DNA of 64,000 nt from a bacterium. Lineage in GTDB: Bacteria; Patescibacteriota; UBA1384; 2-12-FULL-50-11. Below are positions 17,329 through 26,056 of the stretch, one piece after another; position 1 is the stretch's first letter; the number at the start of each line of letters is the position of its first letter. The stretch spans positions 32,673 through 96,672 of the forward strand of contig JAJTYJ010000002.1 in assembly GCA_021463485.1 (NCBI GenBank). The letters run 5' to 3'. Both the position numbers and the translations under genes were made by a program. Under the pieces are notes generated by a model. It made no database searches. It was not told the origin of the DNA and saw only the letters and a list, made by a program, of their open reading frames with translations.

Positions 17329-20040
17329 ATGACGAGTCGTTTTTGGTCTGTACCTAGCGAGCGATTACTGCACGAATTAGAAACAGATGTTAATCGGGGG
17401 CTACTTTCTACTGAGGCAAGGCGTCGTCTCTACCGTCACGGACCGAACGAGCTTACGGGTAAAGAGGGTCCGAGCGCTTTTGAGATTTACTTCCGGCAGT
17501 TTAAGAGTCCGTTGCTTTATATCCTACTATTTGCTGCTGCTTTCTCTGCCTGGGAGCGCGAGTGGAGCGAGGTTGTAGTAATTCTCTCGGTCGTCGTCCT
17601 CAACTCACTCATTGGCTTTTTCCAGGAGCGCAAGGCGGAGCAGACGATGTCTAAGCTCAGACAGATACTCTCGCCAAAGGCTAGGGTATTGCGAAGTGGG
17701 ATCGAGCAGAAAATCGACGCCGCCGAAGTCGTTGTTGGTGACCTATTGTTAGTGGAAGCCGGCGATCGAGTTGCCGCTGACGCCCGTATTATTGAAAGCC
17801 AGGGGCTTCGAGTTAACCAAGCGTCTTTAACTGGGGAATCAGTTCCGGCTCATAAAAAAGTTGGCGTAGTTGCAGCCGATGCGGCGCTCATCGACCGGAA
17901 GAATATGCTCTATATGTCGACGCTCGTTGTTACCGGTCAAGCCGTTGCGGTGGTAACTGGTACCGGCATGAAAACCGAGATCGGGTCGATCGCCAAAGAA
18001 GTTTCAGAAGTAGAAGAGCTGCCGGAGAACCTACAGCGACAGCTAACGATTCTTGGAAGATCGTTGTTGGGCGTCGCAGCGGTCGCAGCGATTATTAGCT
18101 ACACGATCGGAGCGATGTCCGGGATCAGCGCGTCGGATATGTTGAAGGTTGCGATCACCCTGATGGTTTCGATTATTCCCGAAGGGCTGCCGATCGCTAT
18201 CACCGTTACGCTTTCGATCGGTTTGTTACGGGTTTATAGGCGCGGCGCAATTATTCGGAAACTCTCCGCAACCGAGACGCTCGGCTCAACCACTGTTATT
18301 TGTGTCGATAAGACAGGGACTCTAACGGAAGGGAAGATGATGGTAGAGCGTCTGTACGTCGGGCTCCAAGACTACGAGGTAACGGGGGAAGGCTACCAAT
18401 TGAGCGGCTCGTTCCGTCTCGACAAAAAAACCGTTGATCCGCACAAGCAGAAAGCACTTAACGAGCTACTGGAGCTTTCTAGCTTAGCGACGATGTCGAC
18501 AATTACCGAGAAAGATCTTCGCGACGATCAAGCTCGCGAGCTGACCGATCCAACAGAAACAGCGTTAGCAGTGCTCGCTGCCAAGGCCGGTTACTACGCG
18601 TTTGCTCAAGAAAAGAAGTATCCGGAAGTGTTAGAGGTGCCGTTTAACCAAGATCTTCGGTATTCAACATCAGTTCACGATTACGGTAAGTTTCATCGTT
18701 ACATTGTGAAAGGCGCTCCGGAAAAGATCTTGTCGCTCTCGCAATCGTTTCTCAGTCAAGCCGGTGCCTCGAAACGATTATTGTCATCAACAAAAAGCGC
18801 GCTTGAGGATTACGCGCACGAGTTGGCGCGCAGCGGTTACCGCATTATCGCGTTAGCGTACGTTGACTATCCAAAATCGGTTCCAGTTGAGGAGAAACAG
18901 GTTAAAAATATCACCTTTGTCGGCTACATCGCGATGACCGACCCGATCCGACACGAAGCGGCGCCGTCGATCCAAAAGGCGATCGCTGCTGGCATGAAGG
19001 TAGTAATGATTACCGGCGATCACCTACTGACTGCAACTTCGATCGGACAAAAACTTGGCTTATTAGACGAAAAACGCAAAGCGATCCATGCCGACGAGTT
19101 TTTACATCACGATCGCGATCAAATCGGTGTTATCGCCCGCTCAACCCCAACGCAAAAACTTCAGATTGTTGAGCGGTTTCAGAAGAACGGCGACGTTGTG
19201 GCGATGACTGGCGACGGCGTCAACGACGCTCCTGCTTTGAAAAAGGCCGATATCGGGATTGCGATGGGTCGAGCCGGAACTGATGTGGCGATTGAAACTT
19301 CGGATATGGTTCTACTCAAAGATAACTTTAACTCGATCGTCGACGCGATCGAGCAGGGCCGGCTAATTTGGGAGAATACTAAAAAAGTTGTCTTTCTGCT
19401 GGTTTCTACCAGTATCGCGGACGCAACTTTGGTTGTCAGTGCTCTACTACTTGGTTTACCGTTGCCGTTATTGCCGGTGCAAATTTTATGGCTGAATTTA
19501 GTTACCGATGGGGTTAACTCGATGGCTCTGACAGTCGAGCCGGAGGAGCGTGACTTAATGCGGATGCGCCCCCGAAAGATGAGCGACAAGCTAATTACGC
19601 GCGCGACGCTCGGGCGAATGTTGCTACTGTCGCTGGTAATGGCAGTTGTGACGATCTCGCTATATCGATACTCGCTAACATTCGGCGAGGCGTACGCAAG
19701 AACGATGGCGTTAACTACGATGGTCTTCTTTCAATTGTTTAATGTGTTTAACAGCCGCTCAGCCACCCAATCGATTACGCAGATCCCGTTCTTTACTAAC
19801 CGACTCATACTTATTACCGTACCGATCTCGATCATCCTCCAGCTGGCTGCTCTGCGGATTCCATTTTTACAGCAGATGCTTGGCACGGTCGCACTGGATA
19901 CGAGCGGCATTATTGTTGCCTTTATGGCCGCCAGCAGCATTTTATTTGCCGACGAATTACGTAAATGGGTGCTCTGGTTACTACGTCGATGGGCGATATC
20001 GCAAATCGAGAGTAAAGAAGAGTATACTAGCGTCAAATGA
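17329..20040 (+). CDS. P-type cation-transporting ATPase (Ca2+/Mg2+-type, P2/P3-like)
   Basis: DKTGTLT phosphorylation site, TGDGVNDAPAL hinge, and 10 predicted TM helices. In-frame ATG at 17329; the track starts at GTG 17311. Confidence 0.9.
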   Translation: MTSRFWSVPSERLLHELETDVNRGLLSTEARRRLYRHGPNELTGKEGPSAFEIYFRQFKSPLLYILLFAAAFSAWEREWSEVVVILSVVVLNSLIGFFQERKAEQTMSKLRQILSPKARVLRSGIEQKIDAAEVVVGDLLLVEAGDRVAADARIIESQGLRVNQASLTGESVPAHKKVGVVAADAALIDRKNMLYMSTLVVTGQAVAVVTGTGMKTEIGSIAKEVSEVEELPENLQRQLTILGRSLLGVAAVAAIISYTIGAMSGISASDMLKVAITLMVSIIPEGLPIAITVTLSIGLLRVYRRGAIIRKLSATETLGSTTVICVDKTGTLTEGKMMVERLYVGLQDYEVTGEGYQLSGSFRLDKKTVDPHKQKALNELLELSSLATMSTITEKDLRDDQARELTDPTETALAVLAAKAGYYAFAQEKKYPEVLEVPFNQDLRYSTSVHDYGKFHRYIVKGAPEKILSLSQSFLSQAGASKRLLSSTKSALEDYAHELARSGYRIIALAYVDYPKSVPVEEKQVKNITFVGYIAMTDPIRHEAAPSIQKAIAAGMKVVMITGDHLLTATSIGQKLGLLDEKRKAIHADEFLHHDRDQIGVIARSTPTQKLQIVERFQKNGDVVAMTGDGVNDAPALKKADIGIAMGRAGTDVAIETSDMVLLKDNFNSIVDAIEQGRLIWENTKKVVFLLVSTSIADATLVVSALLLGLPLPLLPVQILWLNLVTDGVNSMALTVEPEERDLMRMRPRKMSDKLITRATLGRMLLLSLVMAVVTISLYRYSLTFGEAYARTMALTTMVFFQLFNVFNSRSATQSITQIPFFTNRLILITVPISIILQLAALRIPFLQQMLGTVALDTSGIIVAFMAASSILFADELRKWVLWLLRRWAISQIESKEEYTSVK

Positions 20041-20408
20041 GCGCTCGGAAGGTGTTACTAATTGAGGACAACGAAGAGTTACGAAGACTATATTCGGAAG
20101 TGTTTAAACGGCACGACTTCACTGTTTACGAAGCAGGAGATGGCCAAACCGGAGTTGATTACGCACTAATGTACCGTCCGGACGCGATTATTCTCGATTT
20201 AATGTTGCCGCGCCAAGGTGGATTAGGGGCGCTGCGAGTGTTTCGTTCGCACCCGGAGTCGAAACACGTGCCGATTTTTATCTTAACGGCTCTACCAAAC
20301 CCCGAGTACCAGCAGATGGCTGAGGGGCGAGTACAAGGATATTTTCTAAAAACCCAAATAAAGCCAAAAGAACTCGTTGACGCTGTCTCAAAAGCGCTTA
20401 CGGCTTAG
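20037..20408 (+). CDS. stand-alone response regulator receiver (CheY-like) protein
   Basis: KVLLIEDNEELRRLY...DAIILDLMLPRQGG...PIFILTA...K. No output domain. ATGA overlap with the ATPase stop. Confidence 0.85.
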   Translation: MSARKVLLIEDNEELRRLYSEVFKRHDFTVYEAGDGQTGVDYALMYRPDAIILDLMLPRQGGLGALRVFRSHPESKHVPIFILTALPNPEYQQMAEGRVQGYFLKTQIKPKELVDAVSKALTA

Positions 20409-20468
20409 GCGATACTCTCGACCAGAAGTGAATTTTTCTATAGAATTATTTTGTTACAACAGGTTACT

Positions 20469-20542
20469 GGTCCCGTCGTCTAGTGGCCTAGGATATCTGG
20501 TTCTCATCCAGAAGATCACGGGTTCGAATCCCGTCGGGACCG
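20469..20542 (+). tRNA. tRNA-Glu (anticodon CTC)
   Basis: Acceptor GGTCCCG/CGGGACC, anticodon stem TCTGG/CCAGA with loop TTCTCAT, and T-arm ACGGGTTCGAATCCCGT. Confidence 0.85.
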
Positions 20543-20566
20543 CAATTTTCTGTTAGGATTGAGCTG

Positions 20567-22309
20567 ATGAAACGCTTAGCGCTCGTTATTGGGTTAATTG
20601 TTTTACTAATATCGCCGATCGCGCACGCTGAGGAGAATTGGCGGATCGCGTCGTTCAATTCAGCGATCGTTATCGAAAAAGACGGTAAAGTGACGATCAC
20701 AGAAACGATCGCTGCTGATTTCGGTAGCGAATTTAAACACGGGATCTTTCGGGACATTCCCGAGATTTATACTAACCAGGACGGTAAGACCTACACGAAT
20801 ATCTCAGTTATAGCTATTAAACAGGATAGTCAGGAAGCGGTATATTCTTTAACTCGTGATAATGGGTATCTGCGGATTAAAATCGGTGATCCCAATAGAA
20901 CAGTAACGGGCGTAATTACCTACGTGATCACCTACAGCGTTGTCGGGGTTTTACGATCGTTCGATTCGTTCGACGAGCTCTACTGGAACGTAACCGGCAC
21001 GGATTGGCCGGTGCCGATCGGGACAGTTAACGCCACCGTTACTCTACCGAGCGAGAAAATTATACAGGTTGCGTGTTATAGCGGTAGTAGCGGCAGTACC
21101 GATCGCTGTAACGAGAACCAGACAGATAGACAAGCACAATTTAACGGCGGACCGCTCTTGGCCAACCAGGGCTTAACCCTAGCCGTCGGTTACACAAAAG
21201 GCCTGGTTCCGATTCTTCAAGGAGTGAAACCGCCAGTACCGTATCTTTGGCTTAGTGTTATCCTGCTAGTTTTAGGTCTAATCCTAATGCCGATCTATTA
21301 TCTGCGTCGCTGGTACAAACACGGTCGCGACGAATGGTACGCTCGTAAGAATTTGCACGATCCCAACACAACAATTAAGACGGTGCCGTTTTTTGCAAAA
21401 GAAACGATCGTACCTGAGTACGCCGCGCCGAATCAGCTCCGACCGGCTGAAATCGGGGTCTTAGTAGACGAGCGGGCAGATACGCTGGATGTCTCGGCCA
21501 CAATTGTGGATTTAGCGATTCGCGGACACCTAACTATCACTGAGAAACCGAAAAAATGGGTATTTGGAGCCAGCGACTACACTCTTACTCGAGTCCCCAA
21601 TAGCAAAGATCAACTGCACGGATACGAGCAGAAGTTGTTGTCGTTGCTTTTTCAAGACGGCGACAGCGTCGATCTTTCGTCGTTAAAAAATACGTTTCAC
21701 GCCTCGCTTAAGAGCGTCCAAGACGACCTCTACGCTCAAGTTACCGATCGGAAGCTTTTCGTCGAGAATCCTCAGTCGGTTCGTGCCACCGCCTTAACAA
21801 TCCCAATTATTCAGCTGATACTTGCCGGCGTTGCCCTTGGTTTTAGCGCTGATTCCCAAAATGTTTGGCTGATCGTAGCCTTAGTGTCTCTGTTACTAAG
21901 CGCGATTCTCGGCGTTGCGTTATCAACTAAGATGCCGCGACGGAGCGCCGAGGGTCGCGAGGCGCTTCGAAAGACGCTCGGTTATAAGCTGTTTCTCTCT
22001 CAAACTGAAAAGTACCGTCAACCGTTTTTAGAGAATCATAATTTATTTATGGACGTTTTGCCGTACGCCATGGTATTTGGTGTAACTAAAAAACTGGCTG
22101 AGTCAATGGAAAGAATCGGTGCCCATCCAGCGCAGCCGAGTTGGTATTACGGCGTGACGCCGTGGAACCCAGTATTATTTACGCAAAATATCGGCACCGT
22201 TTCGGCAGCGATGAATACGGCGATGGCTTCGACCCCGGGCAGCTCGGGCTCAGGCGGCGGCGGATTTTCCGGCGGCGGATTCGGAGGCGGTGGCGGCGGA
22301 AGTTGGTAA
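20567..22309 (+). CDS. DUF2207-like membrane protein with Gly-rich C-terminal tail
   Basis: Signal peptide, large extracytoplasmic domain, TM segments, and a C-terminus SGSGGGGFSGGGFGGGGGGSW characteristic of DUF2207-type proteins. Confidence 0.6.
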   Translation: MKRLALVIGLIVLLISPIAHAEENWRIASFNSAIVIEKDGKVTITETIAADFGSEFKHGIFRDIPEIYTNQDGKTYTNISVIAIKQDSQEAVYSLTRDNGYLRIKIGDPNRTVTGVITYVITYSVVGVLRSFDSFDELYWNVTGTDWPVPIGTVNATVTLPSEKIIQVACYSGSSGSTDRCNENQTDRQAQFNGGPLLANQGLTLAVGYTKGLVPILQGVKPPVPYLWLSVILLVLGLILMPIYYLRRWYKHGRDEWYARKNLHDPNTTIKTVPFFAKETIVPEYAAPNQLRPAEIGVLVDERADTLDVSATIVDLAIRGHLTITEKPKKWVFGASDYTLTRVPNSKDQLHGYEQKLLSLLFQDGDSVDLSSLKNTFHASLKSVQDDLYAQVTDRKLFVENPQSVRATALTIPIIQLILAGVALGFSADSQNVWLIVALVSLLLSAILGVALSTKMPRRSAEGREALRKTLGYKLFLSQTEKYRQPFLENHNLFMDVLPYAMVFGVTKKLAESMERIGAHPAQPSWYYGVTPWNPVLFTQNIGTVSAAMNTAMASTPGSSGSGGGGFSGGGFGGGGGGSW

Positions 22310-22330
22310 CGATTTGGTATACTGCCAGGG

Positions 22331-23473
22331 ATGAAAGACACTCTTGCTGCTCGTTTACTTCTCCTGGCGGTTTTAATCGGATTTTTTACATTTGGCTACG
22401 TCGCGCTCTACAAAAAATCAGATCCAACCGCTAGTAAAACGGATACGCCGTATTCTAAAGAGACTTCGTATACCTGGGAGACAGAAGTTCTGCTAACCGG
22501 GCTTGAGATCCCGTGGGATGTGGCGGTGTTGCCAGACGAAACTCTACTAATTACTGAACGAACCGGCAAGGTTAAACACTGGGACAAGAAAAATCAGCCA
22601 ACAACCGTTGCCGAGATCCCCGTAGCGATCGTCTCCGAGTCGGGGTTAACCGGTGTGGCGATTCACCCGAAATTTGAGAGTAACTCCTACGTTTATTTGT
22701 ACTATACGTATCGATCGGGGGGAGAGCTTAAGAACAAAGTCGTTCGCTACGTGTTTAAAAACGGCGCACTAGCCGAAGATAAAACGATTCTAAATAACTT
22801 AACTGGTGGCCAAATTCATAACGGCGGCCGTTTACGATTCGGACCCGACGAGAAGCTATACGTGTTAACTGGCGATGCTGCACGTCCAGAATTGGCGCAG
22901 CGATCGGATCGACTTGAAGGAAAGGTCCTGAGGATGAACGACGACGGTACTATTCCGGACGACAACCCAACGAAGGGTTCGCTCGTTTACTCGCTTGGTC
23001 ATCGTAATCCCCAGGGCATAACCTGGCACACTTTGACTGAGGAGCTAATTGAAACCGAGCACGGCGAGAGCGCGTACGACGAAGTAAATATTATCGAGCC
23101 AACCAAAAACTACGGCTGGCCGACAGCTCGCAAAGGCGATTTGGATCATCAAAATTTCGTGGCGCCGCTACTTTCAAGCAATACGGAAACTTGGGCGCCT
23201 TCGGGAATCGATTTTGCCGGATTAAAAATTTGGGATCTGCGCAACGTCGCCATGTTTGCTGGTTTGCGTGGCCAAAAGCTACAGCTAATTGAGATACAGG
23301 ATAAAAAAATTCTCCGGCACGAAACAATTATCGACGGTACCTACGGGCGCTTACGAGCAGTTACGGCGCGCGGCGACGGCGCCTTTTACGTCACAACTAG
23401 TAATCGCGACGGTAGGACCAAACCGACCGAGCAAGACGATCGGCTACTTCTAGTAAAGCCAATTGCAAAATGA
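22331..23473 (+). CDS. PQQ-dependent sugar dehydrogenase-like beta-propeller protein (soluble aldose sugar dehydrogenase/YliI family), membrane-anchored
   Basis: LEIPWDVAVLPDETLLITERTGKVKHW, GLTGVAIHPKF, HNGGRLRFGPD and LGHRNPQG are blocks typical of the GSDH family. N-terminal TM anchor. Confidence 0.75.
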   Translation: MKDTLAARLLLLAVLIGFFTFGYVALYKKSDPTASKTDTPYSKETSYTWETEVLLTGLEIPWDVAVLPDETLLITERTGKVKHWDKKNQPTTVAEIPVAIVSESGLTGVAIHPKFESNSYVYLYYTYRSGGELKNKVVRYVFKNGALAEDKTILNNLTGGQIHNGGRLRFGPDEKLYVLTGDAARPELAQRSDRLEGKVLRMNDDGTIPDDNPTKGSLVYSLGHRNPQGITWHTLTEELIETEHGESAYDEVNIIEPTKNYGWPTARKGDLDHQNFVAPLLSSNTETWAPSGIDFAGLKIWDLRNVAMFAGLRGQKLQLIEIQDKKILRHETIIDGTYGRLRAVTARGDGAFYVTTSNRDGRTKPTEQDDRLLLVKPIAK

Positions 23474-23478
23474 ATCTC

Positions 23479-23518
23479 CCCGGGCTTTCGCCCAGGGTAT
23501 CTTCTTGCTTTTTTGAAA
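23479..23518 (+). terminator. putative rho-independent terminator
   Basis: CCCCGGGC-TTTC-GCCCAGGG stem with one mismatch, followed by the T-rich TATCTTCTTGCTTTTTTG. Confidence 0.4.
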
Positions 23519-23605
23519 AAACATTTCGTTTTCTGAACCTACGAAGCGGAAGCTCTCCATCCCGGCAGCCGATCACGGTTTTTCGGAGGAATAATAAAGC
23601 CGCCC

Positions 23606-23836
23606 TTACGGGCGGATGTTGACGAGGTAGACCTTCTCCAGATCTTTTTTGTAGCGGCGCAGCGCGGGATGATTCACAATCTTCCGAGGGCTGACTCGAT
23701 CAAATAGAATCTGCCCGAGATGGTAGTACATCCGTTCCTGATCACGGCGTTGAGCTGCTTTGATCGCCTGCTCGAAGTGAAAGTTATCACTCGCGATCTG
23801 CTCGCGTTTGCTGATGTGCGTCGATGTTCGTGCCAT
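23606..23836 (-). CDS. hypothetical small basic protein (76 aa)
   Basis: MARTSTHISKREQIASDNFHFEQAIKAAQRRDQ... No known motif. A hairpin CCGCCC-GTAA-GGGCGG overlaps the stop and is followed by a U-rich tract on the sense strand. Confidence 0.4.
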   Translation of the reverse strand: MARTSTHISKREQIASDNFHFEQAIKAAQRRDQERMYYHLGQILFDRVSPRKIVNHPALRRYKKDLEKVYLVNIRP

Positions 23837-23909
23837 GTTCCCTCCACGGACACGAAAAATTATACGCTTGAAACAGGTTTTAAACAAGAATCTTTGCTAC
23901 GATAATGCT

Positions 23910-24785
23910 ATGCCGATCGTACTATTTTGGCTGACACCAGTCTTTCTTTTGATCGTTGTGATACTGCTTTTTTTACAAGAAAAACAGAAGGATAAACCGA
24001 AACTCATTTTGATCGATCCGCTGTTAACCGTCGAATCGCTGCAAATCGCGCGAGTAGTTGGTGATGAAAAGAGTTTGAACCAAGAGTTAGCGATGATTCG
24101 TCGGATACTACCGAACAATCAAACGCATCTTGAGCAAGTTATCCGACTACTAAATCCGGTCGTCCCGTCACGGAACTCGAAACCAACACTTTTAAAACAC
24201 GTTCAACACTCAGAATTTTTAGCCGAGTATCGGTACGAGTACGCCGGCCGAGTTACCTCAATATTATTTGGTCGCTTAGACGAAGTATCTGAGACAGCTC
24301 AGGACTACGGTAATCTCGAGCAGCTGCGAACTCACCAGGAGCGAGCCGATCACGACGGCTTCGCCTCATTCGTTTTAGCCAGACGCGTCGACGCAAAGTT
24401 GATCGAAGGCAGACAGACCTACCGAATACTTGGGCAGCTTATCGTCGAGCCGGAGTTAAATTCTAGCCGCGTTAGCAAAATTCGTTTCGCCGTTGGCGGC
24501 AGTAAGTACGTTTTTCTTTCTTGGCTCGGTTTGGGCGTGAGCACAAAAATCGCCGAAACGATATTCCCTGCTGCTCAGTTTATTAGCGCTTCTGCGATCG
24601 CGACGCGCCAGCTCCAACCAAAAAACCGCGAGGCGATATTGGAACGAGCAACGATCTACGCTAACACCACGCTCAACGATCGTTACGAGGCTGTTCAGTT
24701 CTGGCGACACAAAACTGAACCAATCTTCCTTGGGACTAACGCTGATGATCGCGATCATCTTCCGTGCCATCATGTCGCTCTGTAA
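23910..24785 (+). CDS. hypothetical membrane-anchored protein
   Basis: MPIVLFWLTPVFLLIVVILLFL TM anchor, then a soluble domain of about 260 aa. An upstream GTG/TTG extension would overlap the minus-strand gene. Confidence 0.45.
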   Translation: MPIVLFWLTPVFLLIVVILLFLQEKQKDKPKLILIDPLLTVESLQIARVVGDEKSLNQELAMIRRILPNNQTHLEQVIRLLNPVVPSRNSKPTLLKHVQHSEFLAEYRYEYAGRVTSILFGRLDEVSETAQDYGNLEQLRTHQERADHDGFASFVLARRVDAKLIEGRQTYRILGQLIVEPELNSSRVSKIRFAVGGSKYVFLSWLGLGVSTKIAETIFPAAQFISASAIATRQLQPKNREAILERATIYANTTLNDRYEAVQFWRHKTEPIFLGTNADDRDHLPCHHVAL

Positions 24786-24814
24786 ACTTAACCAATTCAG
24801 GGTAAAATACGAGC

Positions 24815-26056
24815 ATGAACAAAGAAGTTCTCCAACCACTTTCAGGGTTCAGAGATTACAGCGGTCCGACCAAGGACTGGCTGATTGCTGGATTGCGCAA
24901 GGTTTTTCTCCAGTACGGCTATCAACCACTTGAAACCCCGGCGATCGAACGACAAGAACTTCTCCTCAAAGATTACGGTGAAGAGGCGCAGAAGTTGCTG
25001 TATTTATTTGAAGATAACGGCAAACGTAAAGTTGGTTTACGTTACGATTTAACGCTGCCGCTGGCACGATTCTACGCGGCCAACTATCAATCGTTACCGA
25101 CGCCGTATAAGCGATTCGAGATCGGTCCGGTTTGGCGGGCGGAACGCGCCCAAAAAGGCCGCCTACGCCAATTTACGCAAGCTGACATCGATATTGTTGG
25201 CGCACCCGGCCTGGCTGCCGAAAAAGAGATACTTTCAATCGTCGCTGGGGTAGAGCGTACGGTTGGTTTAACGTTTGAAGTACAACTAAACGATCGGGCG
25301 GTAGTAGCGGCCGTCTTTAATAAACTTAAAATTGTCGAAGGCTCACGCCAGAAGCTGCTACAAACGCTAGATAAAAAAGACAAAATTTCCGAAGAAGCGC
25401 TAGTTGAAGAGCTCTTAAAGCTTGGCGTCACCGATGTTCAACTTCGCCAAATACGATCGCTATTTCTTGAAAATGAAACGCTCGAAGACGTTGCTCGATT
25501 AGTTGGCGAAGAAGTAATAGCGCCGATTGTTGAGCTAATGGAAACAGCTCGACGGATCGGTGTAAACGCAGCATTTATTCCAAGCATGGTTCGCGGGCTC
25601 GATTATTACACTGGTACGATTATCGAATGTCGGGTTGAGGGTTACCCGTCGAGCGTTGCCGGCGGCGGTCGGTACGATAATCTCGTTGAGGGCTTAATCG
25701 GTCAAAGAGTACCAGCTGTGGGCGTGTCGTTTGGTGTTGATCGCTTAGTCGATATTCTAGATCAGCAGGGCCAAACGAACGACTCCGCGATGTTCATCGC
25801 CCGATTACCTGAAACGAGTTCAGAACTCGATCCTTGGGTTGAAAACTTACGGCAAGCTGGCTGTAACATTGAAGTCTTTTTGGATGAGGCTGTTGAGCTT
25901 GGTAAGCAAATAAAATACGCCGACAAACGCGGCTATCAAGAGATGCTAATCCCACTATTAGAAGATTGGAAGCAGGGAAAGATCGTACGAAAAAACCTGC
26001 AAAGCGGGGCACAAGAATCGATTCCAAGGGAACGGATTACGAATGCCGGAGCGTAA
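24815..26056 (+). CDS. hisS: histidyl-tRNA synthetase
   Basis: Class II motifs: motif 2 KRFEIGPVWRAERAQKGRLRQFTQADIDIVG and motif 3 GGGRYDNLVE. A C-terminal anticodon-binding domain is present. Confidence 0.9.
   Translation: MNKEVLQPLSGFRDYSGPTKDWLIAGLRKVFLQYGYQPLETPAIERQELLLKDYGEEAQKLLYLFEDNGKRKVGLRYDLTLPLARFYAANYQSLPTPYKRFEIGPVWRAERAQKGRLRQFTQADIDIVGAPGLAAEKEILSIVAGVERTVGLTFEVQLNDRAVVAAVFNKLKIVEGSRQKLLQTLDKKDKISEEALVEELLKLGVTDVQLRQIRSLFLENETLEDVARLVGEEVIAPIVELMETARRIGVNAAFIPSMVRGLDYYTGTIIECRVEGYPSSVAGGGRYDNLVEGLIGQRVPAVGVSFGVDRLVDILDQQGQTNDSAMFIARLPETSSELDPWVENLRQAGCNIEVFLDEAVELGKQIKYADKRGYQEMLIPLLEDWKQGKIVRKNLQSGAQESIPRERITNAGA

Noticed and set aside
19179-19589. 136-aa minus-strand ORF
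   Set aside because: Entirely within the P-type ATPase coding region; no independent support.
22147-22341. Pro-rich minus-strand ORF
   Set aside because: Antisense of the Gly-rich C-terminal tail of the DUF2207-like gene.
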